DNA of 64,000 nucleotides, from the NCBI RefSeq assembly GCF_006345805.1, contig NC_042997.1, positions 175,398,001 through 175,462,000 of the forward strand, read 5' to 3'. The notes beneath the pieces are model-generated. The model was not told the DNA's origin and searched no databases. It worked only from the letters and a program-made list of their open reading frames with translations. Within the stretch, counting starts at the first letter, position 1. Every line of letters starts with the position of its first letter. The DNA is from Octopus sinensis. Lineage: Eukaryota. Made by a program: the position numbers and the translations under genes. Positions 41,211-53,692 of the stretch are shown one piece after another.

Positions 41211-44200
41211 AAGAAGAAGAAAAAGAAACCATTACAACTAGATGCAGTGAATAGAATAGCCACAATTCCTACAATATAAATGATAAATGTTGCCTGCATG
41301 GCATATCTTCAGGAGCATTGCTCTACATTATATTTCAATGGCCCATACTAACTCTTGTCAAAGTATAGCTAGAGACACAATAACATATGAAGCTGTTCAA
41401 CATACAAATAGCCACCCAATTCTACTCCTTCACTAAAAGGTCTGTGTTACTCATATGAACATCTACTTGTCATAGATACCAACAATGCAAAAATTCTACA
41501 GAACTACAGTATATAACATCCTGGTTTTTTTTTTATATATATATAACAAAGCAACCAGTTATTCATTATTGATGTGTTAAACACATAACATTCTTTTCTG
41601 TCACAACAACAACGATTAATTGTTAATGCACTAAGTAATAGGTTTTGGGATAATATTAATGCACAGTGGTATTTATCTATTGTAATAGAACAAGTCTTAG
41701 CCAACACTGCATGCCTAATCAAATATCCTGGATATATGTAAACAGTTGTTTACACAATTTCTCCATGGACAGAGGATGGACCCTGAAGAGCTGGTCCAAA
41801 CAGAACCCAAATCAGTTGGGCTAATCCCTCTTTATTTCACCTGCTGTGAGATTATATAGATACTGTAAGCAAATTATAGGGTGGAAGTGCTAAGCAGTGA
41901 TGTGTATAAATACAAGGTTATTACTCCAAAATGCTTGCATCTCACAGTCTGGGTAGGTGGCGCTGCGAGTTGATTTTGATGTGTTTACACCATTTTTGTA
42001 CAGCAGGGGTTCTCAGCCATTTTTTATATATGGACCCTTTTGATTACTATTTTATTCTGCCCCCACCCCTCCATAGCTATTTAATGTTTAAAAACTAGTT
42101 TTATTGATACTTCTTTCAAAATTATTGTTCTGTTATTCACACATTAACTTGTGTAGGTTAAACTATGTAAAACATTAGAGAAAGAAACCTAGCTGTTTCT
42201 TGTCATATATACTAATACATTCATCTAAAGTAAAATTTTTTCATGGGCCCTTAAAATACTATTGTGGATGCCCAATTTACTATTTTGTCACATGGACCCC
42301 ACAAAATCTTATATGGACCCCAGTTGAGAGCCACTGGTCTAAAGTGAAAATTTTTCTCCTTGACAAAACACAATGAATGGCTTTCTTATGGGTTCAACTA
42401 TGCCCCAAGCATATTTGAACTGGTTAGGAAGGGCATCCAGCTGTAGAAATTCTACCAGATTAGATTGGAGCCTGGTGCAGCCATCTGGTTTCTCAGTCCT
42501 CAGTCAAATTGTCCAACCCATGCTAGCATGGAAAGCAGACGTTAAATAATGATGATGATGATAATAAAGTTTGTATGTATAGATATTGGTTTCTATTTAC
42601 ATTTTATTACACAAATAGTGTCAACTAAGACATTTACTACTACAATAGATACACACTGGCAGATTTATGTTATATGAAAATAAAAATAATAACTGTATAT
42701 ATAAAGGCGTACAGAAGTGAGTTAAAAATTTGAGGAATTACACCAATTCATCATTTGAAATAAAAAAGAAATTATGGCAGCTAAGGAGTATGTGTATCAT
42801 CCCATTGTAATTAACACTACTGGAGGAAACCTCAACCATTTCTGTAAATATAGTGCCAAATTACCTATGAGGTGAGACATAGACACATTCCAGAAAATAC
42901 TAAGTTATATGAGCTGTAGATATTAAGGCTTTCTCACACATGGCATTTATTAACCTTGAACATTTAATGTGTGTTTTCAAAGATGTAGCTAATTCTTTTA
43001 GAAGAAGCTTCTCAAACAAAGAAAAATAAAGATGATGATGATAATGATAATCCTTCTTATAACAGGTACAAGTCCTGAAATATTTGGAGAGGGAATTTAG
43101 TTCTTGACTGGTGCTTATTTCATCAACCTCAGAAGAACAAAAGGCAAAGCTGGCCTAAGTGTAATTTGAGCTCAGAACATAGACAAACAATATACTGCTA
43201 AGTATTTTGTCTGGCATGCTAATGATTCTGTCAGCTCACCACAATAATAATAATAACAACAACAATAATAAATGTCAAAAAATAGCAACTCAAAAAGTTA
43301 ATCCTTTTGAAAGCAACTACTTGAAACTGTCTCTGGTTCTGTAATACAAAACCCACTTTTTAAAGAGTGTATATAAGTGTTCCAAATTTAAATCCTCCTA
43401 TAATAATTTTATTCATGGACATTTCATTATGTTCCAAATAGCAGCTTAGTAATAACTAATTTATTTTACAAAAACTCTCCAAATTTTAATTATTTTCAAA
43501 ATGAATTAATATGGTTGCAAAAAGAGATGACTATTATTCTAAAGAAATGTGTCTTGCCTATAAGATAAGACTTTCTGATGTCAAGGATTATTTTCAAAGT
43601 AAGGATATCTTATCTAGTTACAAATCTAAAGTAATTCAAAAGAGAAGACATAGTCAGCCAAAACAACCATTACTACTAGTTTTACAATGTTTTGCACATG
43701 AAGTTAGGTCATCAGGTTACTGCTGAAGATTTCACTTGCTTGACATATTTAGAGAAAATCACACTCACATGTTTCATGAAGCTTAACAATCATGGAGTTA
43801 TTTCAACTGAATTCTACAAATCAATGAAATATTTACACAATGTGGCTGTGGTAGTAGCTTGCTTACCAACCACATGGTTCTGGGTTCAGTCCCACTGCAT
43901 AGCACCTTGGGCAAGTGTCTTCTACTATAGCCTTGGGCCAACGAAAGCCTTGTGAGTGGATTTGGTAGACGGAAAATGAAAGAAGCCCATCGTATATATG
44001 TGAAAAAATATATATATATATGTGTGTGTCTGTGTTTGTCCCCCAACATTGACAACCGATGCTGGTGTGTTTGCATCCCCGTAACTTAGCAGTTCGGCAA
44101 AAGAAACTGATAGAATAAGTACTAGGCTTACAAAGAATAAGTCCTGGGGTCAATTTGCCCAACTAAAGGTGGTGCTCCAGCATGGCCACAGTCAAATGAC

Positions 44201-44396
44201 TGAAACGAGTAAAAGAGAGAGAGAATCTATATAGGCGTAGATGTGTCTGTGTGGTAAGAAGGCTTGCTTCCCAACCATATGGTTCTGGGTTCAGTCTTAC
44301 TACATGGCACCTTGGGCATGTGTCTCCTACTATAGCCTTGGGCTAAGCAAAGCCTTGTGAGTGAATTTGGTAGAAGGAAACTGAAAGAAGCCCATC

Positions 44397-44427
<31 letters not shown>

Positions 44428-46020
44428 ATGTGTGTGTGTGTTTGTGTCTGTGTTTGTCTTTACCTCCATCACTTGACAACCGATGTTGGTGTGTTTATGT
44501 CCCCAAAACTTAGTGGTTAGGCAAAAGAGACTGATAGAATAAGTACTAGGCTTACAAAGAATAAGTCCTGGGGTCGATTTGTTCAACTAAAGGTGGTACT
44601 CCAGCATGGCCACAGTCAATTGGCTGAAACATGTAAAAGAGTAATGTCCCTCTTTTGTGTAACAGCGATGTGCATCTCAACATGATACCTATTTACAGTT
44701 AGCTGAATTGAGTCACCAGAAGCTAAATGTCTCTCTTGGAGAGGCAGCACAGATCTAACAACTTGCTACGTTAAGTGTCAGGCATCTATCTTTTATCTTT
44801 TACTTGTTTCAGTCATTATACTGTAGCCATGCTGGGGCACTGCCTTGAATCGATCCCAGTACTTGATTTTGCTAAGCCTAGTGCTTATTCTATTGGTTCC
44901 TTTTGCCAAACTGCTAAGTTACAGGGATGTAAGCACAGCAACACTGGTTGTCAAGGGGTAGTGGTGATGGGACATACACATATGTACACAAAAGGCTTCT
45001 TTTAGTTTCTGCCTACCAAATCCACTCACAAGGCTCTGGTCAGCCCAGGGCTATTAAGTACAAGATAGTCCAACCCATGCTAGCATGGAGAACGGACGTT
45101 AAACGATGATGATGATGATACTTGGCCAAGGTGCCATGCAGTGAGACTGAACCCGGAACCATGTGGTTGAGAAGCAAGCTTCTTACCACACAGCTATGCC
45201 TGCACCTATGTAAGTGAAGATTGTTTTGCTGATGAGATCAGAATAAAACCAAAACATATCTGAAGTTGTCTATTGCTGGAAAAATAAAAATAGATATTTC
45301 TCATTTAGCAATAGTCATTATTTTTTTTCCCCTTTCTCACTGCATACATTATTTTATTTAGGTTTTTAAAGCTCCATTCATTAAAAACGTTAATTCTATT
45401 TTAACTTGAGTTTAATTTACCGACCTCAGAGTAGTGTTTTTCATGCAGCTGGTGGGGGCTGTAAGGATTGGAAAGGCCCTCCCTGACAAATTGCCATGTT
45501 TGATACAATCAAGGTGTTTAAACTTCTCCTAAGTCATGTCAATGAGTGCGAACTTCATGGGTGTAAAGTATATTTTGTTTTCCCAATTAATAAAGAAGTG
45601 GAAGGCAGAGCAAAAAAAAAATTCACTAATCTTTGTTGGGCATCTGGTATTTGTCAGTTTGAGTATAACTGTCTGAGAAGAAGGGAAAAACATGAAAGGA
45701 ATTGTCATCTCTGACAGAATTTAAACAAAGGTGTTTGAAGTAGATGCCAAAACATTGAGTGCTGTTCTATCACTCCACTCAACTCCCTTGCCATCTTTTA
45801 ACCACAGAATGATTATTTCTTTTTTCTTCTCTCTTCCCATCTCTATCTCTCTCTTCCTCTCCATTTTTCTCACTCTCGCTCACTCTTTCTTAGATTCTGT
45901 CTTTCTTTGAGCAGTAAGTAGGGTGAGCATTTTTTAGAAAATAAGATATTTGTGTGTTAAAGCTACCTGCTTGTTTTAAACATGAAGGAATGTTTAAAGA
46001 ATTCTTGTAATTGTATTATG

Positions 46021-46057
<37 letters not shown>

Positions 46058-47617
46058 TACACTCAGTGAACTACAATGTTGTTGCTATTGATGTTCTTTT
46101 ATATTATTTGTAACTAAAACAATTGCTAGGAATGTCACATGTGTTTGAAAGTCTTTCAGTCTCCTATGGTTAATTACTATAATATCTCCTGTCTTGAATA
46201 CAGTGTGTTAAAATGTTTTTGACTTGCTAGGTTGCTGGTAAGCCAATTAGATTTTTGTATACATTTTTATAAAAAAAACACAGTTAGGAATAATACATAT
46301 AGATATAAAGCTTACACACATAATTAGTGTCAAGCATACATAGGAGAAATGAATAAAAACAGAAAATGCAATGAATGTAGCTGTGTCAAAGAGTCATTCA
46401 TATTAACCATTTCAGAATGCACAATAACTGTTATCTTTTATCCTTTACTTGATTCATTCATTGGACTACGGCCATGTTGGGGCACCATCTTGAAGGGTCT
46501 TAGTAAGTTTGGTACTTATTCTATTGGCTGAATCACAAAGTTATGGAGACATTATCAAGCCAACAAAGGTTACCAAGCAATGGGAAGGGTGAGAAACACA
46601 GAAACACACACACCAACATATACATGTATGTGTGTATGTATGTACATTTTTGTATGTTTCTAGGATTAATACATTCTTCGTTGTCTCAGTTCACCGTTCT
46701 GCTTCAAAAATAGAACATCACTGCCTGTTATGATGGCCTGTCAATAAAAATAATGGTTTCTAACATCAGTAAGGCAGGAAACAGTCGTTTAATTGAAGTG
46801 TGAAATTTCTTCAGTGGCAGTAATGTGGTGGTGTAATAATTGACTGGGACTCATTTTATCAAAACTTGGCAAGATTTAAAGTCGATACATTGTTTGGCAG
46901 TCTAACAATTGTGGAACCTGCCATCATAACTATAGCAATTATATATGCAAATTTTCAGTAAAGACATAACTAAATTACTGCTTGCTAGATTTTGTGTCCC
47001 AAAGACTAATTTCTACATGTGTTGAAAAGAATTATTTCTGCTTCTACAAATAAGGAGACTGGTACAGATTAGAGACTACAACACTTTTTTCTGCAAAATA
47101 GGGGTAGCTTATCCTGTTCAGGCTATATTATTAGCATCATCCTGCGTTTGAGAATCTAAAATCACTTCTAAAGCAAACTTCATTTGTTTATTTACATCAT
47201 CATCATCATCATCATTTAGCGTCCGTTTTCCATGCTAGCATGGGTTGGATGGTTCAACTGGGGTCTGTGAAGCCGGAAGGCTGCATCAGGCCCAGTCAGA
47301 TCTGGCAGTGTTTCTACGGCTGGATGCCCTTCCTAACGCCAACCACTCCGTGAGTGTAGTGGGTGCTTTTTATGTGCCACCCGCAAAAGTGCTAGACAGA
47401 GCTGGCATTTGGCCACGAACGGATGGTGCTTTTACGTGCCACCGGCACGGGGGCCAGGCAAGGCTGGCAACGGACACGAATGGATGGTGCTTTTATGTGC
47501 CACTGGCACGGGGCCCAGGCAAATTTTACGTTCATCGTAATTTGAATTTAACGTATGATAGCGTCTCATAAAGTGAGATTTCTATATATCTTAAATTTGT
47601 GGAAGAATTTGTAATCT

Positions 47618-47694
47618 GGGTGGTTTAGCTTAATTGGTTCAGAGTACCGCGACGCGTAATCATGGAGGTGTGAGTTCGTGTCTTATAGCTGGCC
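47618..47694 (+). pseudogene. tRNA-like sequence (degenerate tRNA or SINE head)
   Basis: A-box-like tagcttaattggt, T-arm gtgag-ttcgtgt-cttat, tRNA-sized; acceptor and anticodon stems pair poorly. Confidence 0.45.
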
Positions 47695-47900
47695 CCGCTC
47701 AGTCGAAGTCGACTCTCGGTTACTCGATGGATCAGTGTTCTCCAGCCAGTTCTATCCTGGGTCGCTTCTTTCAGATTGGCTATGGCCATTCCAGTGTCAC
47801 TCTTAATGGTGTCAAGCCAGCGGGTTCTTTGTCGGCCTCTTCCTCTCTTGCCACTGACCATTCCAAGCATGATGTCTTTCTCCAGGGATTTTCCCCAGGT
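47690..47900 (-). mobile_element. RTE-BovB-like LINE 3' fragment
   Basis: KSLEKDIMLGMVSGKRGRGRQRTRWLDTIK...DRTGWRTLIHRVTESRLRLS matches the BovB C-terminus as I recall it. Confidence 0.85.
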
Positions 47901-48194
47901 CAGAGCCATTTAGCCAGCATATTTACCATATGCCATTGCCACCCCCACCACCACGGTGAGGAGAACAGTTGGACTTTGAAGGGGGTTCTGCAAAATAGGG
48001 GTAGCTTATCCTGTTCAGGCTATATTATTAGCATCATCCTACGTTTGAGAATTTAAAATCACTTCTTTAACTTTCTAAAACATCTCAACGCTTCTAAATC
48101 AAACTTCGTTTGTTTGTTTACATTCATCGTAATTTGAATTTAGACTAAACTTTGATTTAACATATATTATCTCTCTCTTGTTTTATTTCTTTAG

Positions 48195-48320
48195 ATGCCT
48201 GAAGAGGAGGCATTTGCAGTGTTGGTAACACTGATGCAAGAATACCGGTTACGAGAACTTTTTAAACCCAGTATGGCAGAGCTGGGTTTGTGTATGTACC
48301 AATTAGAATGCATGATTCAG
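48195..48320 (+). CDS. EVI5: EVI5-like exon (MPEEEAFAVLVTLMQEYRLRELFKPSMAELGLCMYQLECMIQ)
   Basis: ctttag/gtaaac boundaries, 42 codons; RLRELFKPSMAELGLCMYQ is characteristic of EVI5/EVI5L. Confidence 0.97.
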
Positions 48321-48707
48321 GTAAACAAGAAATGTTGGTTCTTTATGATATCTTGTATACATTCATGACACTCTTTGATGTTGTGTGACCCCCAATTATC
48401 AGACTTAGTGATACAATACGGTTTGAAGAAGATTTGGTTATTTCATTAGCTCAAACAATTACAAAGAAGAGTCCTCATTAGCTCCTGTTAAATAAAATCT
48501 AAGAATTTGCAAGTTCAATAAGTTGGATTGTAATGGGGAATGAAGAAGTCTGGCCTGTTTTGTTAATAAAAGTGGGTGAATGCATGTATTTGTTTGGGAA
48601 ATGAATGCATATGTACCTGCCTCTCTGTGTTAGTGTGTAAATCTTTGGTTTGAATTAAAAACAGAATGTCCAAAAATGTTAATCTATCTTCTCATTTTTT
48701 TTTAAAG

Positions 48708-48851
48708 GAACTACTACCAAATCTTCACATCCATTTCCAAACGCAAGGATTTCACACATCTATGTATGCATCCTCTTGGTTCCTGACATTATTTGCCACT
48801 AGCTTACCATTATCACTGGCTTGTCGAGTCATGGATCTGTTTATCTCCGAG
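48708..48851 (+). CDS. EVI5: EVI5-like exon (ELLPNLHIHFQTQGFHTSMYASSWFLTLFATSLPLSLACRVMDLFISE)
   Basis: tttaaag/gtaata boundaries, 48 codons; FHTSMYASSWFLT motif. Confidence 0.96.
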
Positions 48852-49817
48852 GTAATATTTACAGTTCGTTATCACTTCTACACCTGTATCTTTACAGCCT
48901 GCATTGGTTTGCAATGAATAATTTCAAGTTTACTCCTTAAGACACAATAAATTTTTCAATATAATTTAAATATCAATGTCTCTTCTAAATGTAACTCTGC
49001 AGCTCCTCTACAAGAACCTACTCTGTTCCTCACCTTCTTTCATATATTGGTTTCACATTTTGGCACAAGGCCAGGAATTTCGTGGGTGGAAGTAGGACAA
49101 TTATATTGACCCCAGAATTCAACAGGTACACTTATTCTGTCGACCCCCAAAAGGATGAAAAGCAAAGTCAATCATATTTCTTTATTGCCCATAAGGGGCT
49201 AAACATAGAGGAGACAAACAAGGACAGACAAAGGGATTAAGTCAAGTACATCGACCCCAGTGCGTAACTGGTACTTAATTTATTGACCCCTGAAAGAATG
49301 AAAAGCAAAGTCAAACTTGGCTGAATTTGAACTCAGAATGTAACGGCAGACAAAATATCGCTGGGCATTTCGCCCAGCATGCTAATGTTTCTGCCAGCTC
49401 ACTGCCTTCAAAGCAAAGTCAACCATGGCAGAATTTGAACTCAGAACATAAAAGATGGACAAAATGCTGCAAAGCATTTTACCCAACAAGCTTATGATTC
49501 TGCCAGCTCACCACCTTAATCCCTTCTCTCATATATTAACATCTCATTCCCTAACATGAAGCCGACTCCCAACTCACTTGAGGTTCTTAGTCTTGCAAGC
49601 TGCATTGCAACCTCAGTAGTGCTGGTGATATGAAAAAACAGCCAGTATATGCTGTAAAATGAGTGGTGTTAAGAAGGGCATCCAGCTGTAGAAACTATGC
49701 CAAAACAGACACTGGAGCACAAAGCAGTCCTTGGGCTCATCAGATCCTGTCAAACCACTTGACCTTTGCCTGTCTGGAACATGTATTCTAAATGATGATG
49801 ATGATAAAAAAAAAATG

Positions 49818-50062
49818 CGCCCTTTTTAAAGCCTAGCCAAGCTTGTGGGCCTGGTTTCCCGGTTTCAATGCCATATGTGCTCCCCAGCTGGACGGGACGC
49901 CAATCCATCGCAGCGTTACTCATTTTTGCCAGCTTAGTGGACTGGAGCAACGTGAAATGAAGTGTTTTGCTCAAGAACACAACGCGTTGCCCGGTCCAGG
50001 AATCGAAACCACAATCTTACGATCATGATGCTGACACCCTAACCACTAAGCCACGCGCCTAC
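49818..50062 (-). mobile_element. tRNA-derived SINE, third family
   Basis: Minus strand head ggcttagtggttagggtg...ggtttcgattcctggacc and central cagtccact.agctggcaaaaatgag; second copy at 58690-58935(-). Confidence 0.85.
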
Positions 50063-51151
50063 AAATGATAATGATGCTAGGGGAAAATTAAAATTATAAA
50101 ATGCATATTATATTGAAACTATGAAAAATTAGATATTAACATGATTGTTTGTTATTTCGCTTTACGTAGGTGGTCAAGAGTGAGTTTAAACGTTACTTTA
50201 ACATTACAAAAGGAAGGTAACTGGGTGTACCTGATTAACAAGTTCCGATTTTAGCATTCAGTGTAAACAATTAACGAATAGAAAGCTATTCAATTGCCTA
50301 CATAATCTCGAACAGAGATTCTCCCCCACCGCTTCAAGTTTCTTTCCAAGGGTGGAGTTCAACAAAATTGTTAAAACATCAGACAAAATGCGTTGTTATA
50401 TTTAGTTACGGCTCTTTATATTCGTAGTTAAAATTCTACCCAAGTCCTTTTTTTTTTCCTTTTTTTTTATTTCATGTCTCTCTTTTTCTTTTCCTTTCTT
50501 TTTTTTAAATTTTAAGGCTTTCATTCTTTCAGGTTGATATATATATAGCACCAGCCAATTTTTGGGTCGATGTAATCGACTAGCTAGCTTCCTACCCTAA
50601 ATTTCTGGCCTTGTGCCTATATTAGAAACATTTATTATTACGTATTAAAGACGGCGAGGTGGCAGAATCGTTAGCACACCTGCCAAAATGCATTTCATCC
50701 GTCTTCATATTCTGACTTCAAAATCCGTCAGGGTCGCAATAGAATAAATACCAGTTGAATAACTGGCCCTGTCCCAAAAGTTGAAATCATTGTTATGTAT
50801 TAAATAAATAAGAAAAGGATTAAGCCTGATTCTCTCCCTTACATAAAATGACTGAATCAGTCACAACGGATAATTGTTTCCAAAATTCTTTATACACTAT
50901 AATTTACTGCAGATCGGTCTGTCACCTCAAGCCAACAGAAAATATTGTTTTATATGTAAATTCGATGTAAAAAAAGGAGTTGTTTTGTGTAACTAATATT
51001 CTTGGAAAAAGAAACATCAGTTTGTGTGATATATATTTTAAATTACTAATACGGTTAGTAATCCAACACCTTGTCATGCCTTTACGACTTATCTCCCTTA
51101 GATCTTAGCCGTTGTAACCATATTTCTTGCCTTTAGAATTGTTACTCTGTT

Positions 51152-51425
51152 GTGTCTGAGGAGAGTCATTTTCTTTTTGTGCCTTATAATGTAACACACT
51201 CAGCCGTAAAATTTCCACTTTTTTCTTATTTTTATCTTCCTAAAATTCTCGTTGCGTCTTGCAACCTTTTGAAAACTATTGAAAAGGTTGCAAGACGCAA
51301 CGAAAATTTTAGGAAGATAAAAATAAGAAAAAAGTGGAAATTTTACCGGTGAGTGATTTACATTATAAGGCACAAAAAGAAAATGACTCTCCCTAGACAC
51401 GAACTCAAATAAAGAATCTTGCAAG
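51152..51425. mobile_element. Fold-back element (~118-bp arms) with asymmetric tail
   Basis: gtgtct..gagagtcattttctttttgtgcc...ggcacaaaaagaaaatgactctc..agacac, then the tail gaactcaaataaagaatcttgcaa. The ORF track gives near-identical peptides on both strands. Confidence 0.9.
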
Positions 51426-51854
51426 CCAAATCCAAAAACGAAATAGAATTGTTACTCTTTTTGTCTTTACCTCGTCAGCTGAGCATAGATTTTGCAACGG
51501 TGATGAGAGAATCACTAAGTAGATGTTCAATATTGTACATTTCTACTCTCATAGAACATTATTCTGTTCTACTCTCAAAGAACATCATTCTGCACTACAC
51601 ACTTAACAAAACCACTACATTTTAGGCCTATCCTTCATACTTCAGTATTTCATATTTCTTTTACCCCATAAAGTTGTCTTCAACAGTTACAATAAAAACA
51701 GCATTTGTAGCAATAGCTGCAATATTTTTTCCAAGACATGCACGAACATCGTATACATATCACTGAAGAAAAAATTTCTTTGTATGTTTTGCTCTGTTGT
51801 AATTAATCTATGAAGTTATGAATAATACAGAGAATTTTATTTTATTAATTGTAG

Positions 51855-51944
51855 GGTATGGAAATTGTCTTTCGAATTGGGATGGCTATTCTTCAAATGA
51901 GTCAAGAAATATTGATGTCATTAGATATGGAAGGAATGTTGAAG
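51855..51944 (+). CDS. EVI5: EVI5-like exon (GMEIVFRIGMAILQMSQEILMSLDMEGMLK)
   Basis: ttgtag/gtaaaa boundaries, 30 codons; end of the TBC domain. Confidence 0.95.
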
Positions 51945-53089
51945 GTAAAATCAGTTTGTGTTTTGTTTTTATTGGGTTTTTTGGGGGTTTTTTTAATAGA
52001 ATCACTTGTTTCTCCTTAGCTTTCATAGATGGCTGGGCTGATACATCAGCTCACTATTTTTGTTTTAAAAAGATTACAAGACTGAATTCTTCAAGAACAT
52101 CTTTATAGTTTTTGTATCATATAAAATGATTCCATCTTCTTTAGTATGTTGCTTTTCTCTCTAAGATGATTAAATTGTGAAACACTCCTTGAAATAATGT
52201 TACTCAACAAAGATAAAAATTTCTTTCCAATAATCATTTCCAAGATTTCAGAGTTATGAAAGTGATCTGAGTAAAGTATTGCAGTTTGCTTACAGTAAAT
52301 GAAGTTGGGTTAGTGACTCAATATGCCATGTTCTCTCTTTTCACTCTCTGTTAAAAATATAAGACCTTTGCATTGTGAAATACTATGGGAAATGTATTTC
52401 GGAATTAAAAGCTCAGCCCTAAACATTATAGTTTGACTATTTGATAGTAAATAGTAAAAAAAAATCCTATATCACTTCAAATATAGTTCACAGTCTCTTT
52501 AAAATTAAAGTCTGTTTAGCCATCATCTTCAGCATTATTTTGACATCTGTTTGTCCTTGCTCATAATTACATGAGTTCAGCATTTTGCTATGCATTTCAA
52601 TCTTTCATCATTTTATCTGTAAGGCTTTAAGATTTAGACTCACTTTCTTCCATGTCTTCCACATATTTTCTTTACTTAGAGAAGCTCCATTACATACAAC
52701 AGTTTTTAACCTTGCATATTTAATCTATTCGTGTCAAGTGGCCATTCTAAAATAGTTGTCTCTCCTAATGCAAACTTCTCTTTCAACTCACTTGTGACAT
52801 GCTTTTAAGAAAGGTAAATTCTGTGTCCAACAGACTTTGTTCACCCCATTTCTTTCTGGACTACTCTGATATTTCTCATTCAATGTCTGTCTATTATGTA
52901 TCATTATTATGCATACCAAGAGAAGTAACAGATCCTTGAATTTCTTTTATCAATTTCTTAGTCTAGCTACTGGCACTAATTAGGTCACACAAGTTGAAAA
53001 TGTAAACTACATCTAATAAATGCTTTGAACATCTCATGGACTTCATTTCATCAGTGCCCTTTATGATAGCCACCCTTTATATATATATA

Positions 53090-53692
53090 TGTCTTCCTGT
53101 GGAAGAGGTAGACCCAGAGAAACCTGGGATGAGGTGGTGAAGCACAACCTTCAAATGTTGGACCTCACGGAGGCAATGACAAGGGACTGAGACCTTTGGA
53201 GATATGCCGTGCGTGAGAAGACCTGGCAAGCCAAGTGAGACCATAACTGTGGCCTGTGCCAGTGTAGCATCACCGGCCCATTTAAGAGTACCCTTCAATC
53301 ATTGGGCAATAAACTACTTGAAAAGACCTGTTGCCAGTAGCACGTAAAAAGCTCCATTCAGGCATGGTCGTTGCCAGTGTTGCCTGACTGGCTCCCATGC
53401 TGGTGGCACATAAAAAGCTCCGTTTTGGCGTGTTCGTTGCCAGTGTCACCTGACTAGCTCCCATGCTGGTGGCACGTAAAAAGCACCGTTCAAATGTGGT
53501 TGATGCCAGTACCGCTTAACTGACCCTCATGCCAGTGGCACACACGAAGCACCCACTACACTCTCGGAGTGGTTGGCTTTAGGAAGGGCATCCAGCTGTA
53601 GAAACCTTGCCAAGTCAGATTGGAGTCTGGTGCAGCCTTGCCAGTCCTTAGTCAAACCAGCCTGGAAAGCAGACATTAAACAATGATGATAT
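53090..53692 (+). mobile_element. RTE-type LINE 3' end with internal ~60-bp tandem array
   Basis: DLTEAMTRD*DLWRYAVREKT, then repeated gtgccxxtggcac-gtaaaaagcacc units, then ggttggc.ttaggaagggcatccagctgtagaaac and an (ATG)n tail. Confidence 0.8.

Noticed and set aside
43511-43830. 71-aa ORF MVAKRDDYY...
   Set aside because: No recognisable domain or splice compatibility with EVI5.
52510-53070. Possible very old LINE RT remnant on the minus strand
   Set aside because: Only vague motif resemblance with many stops.
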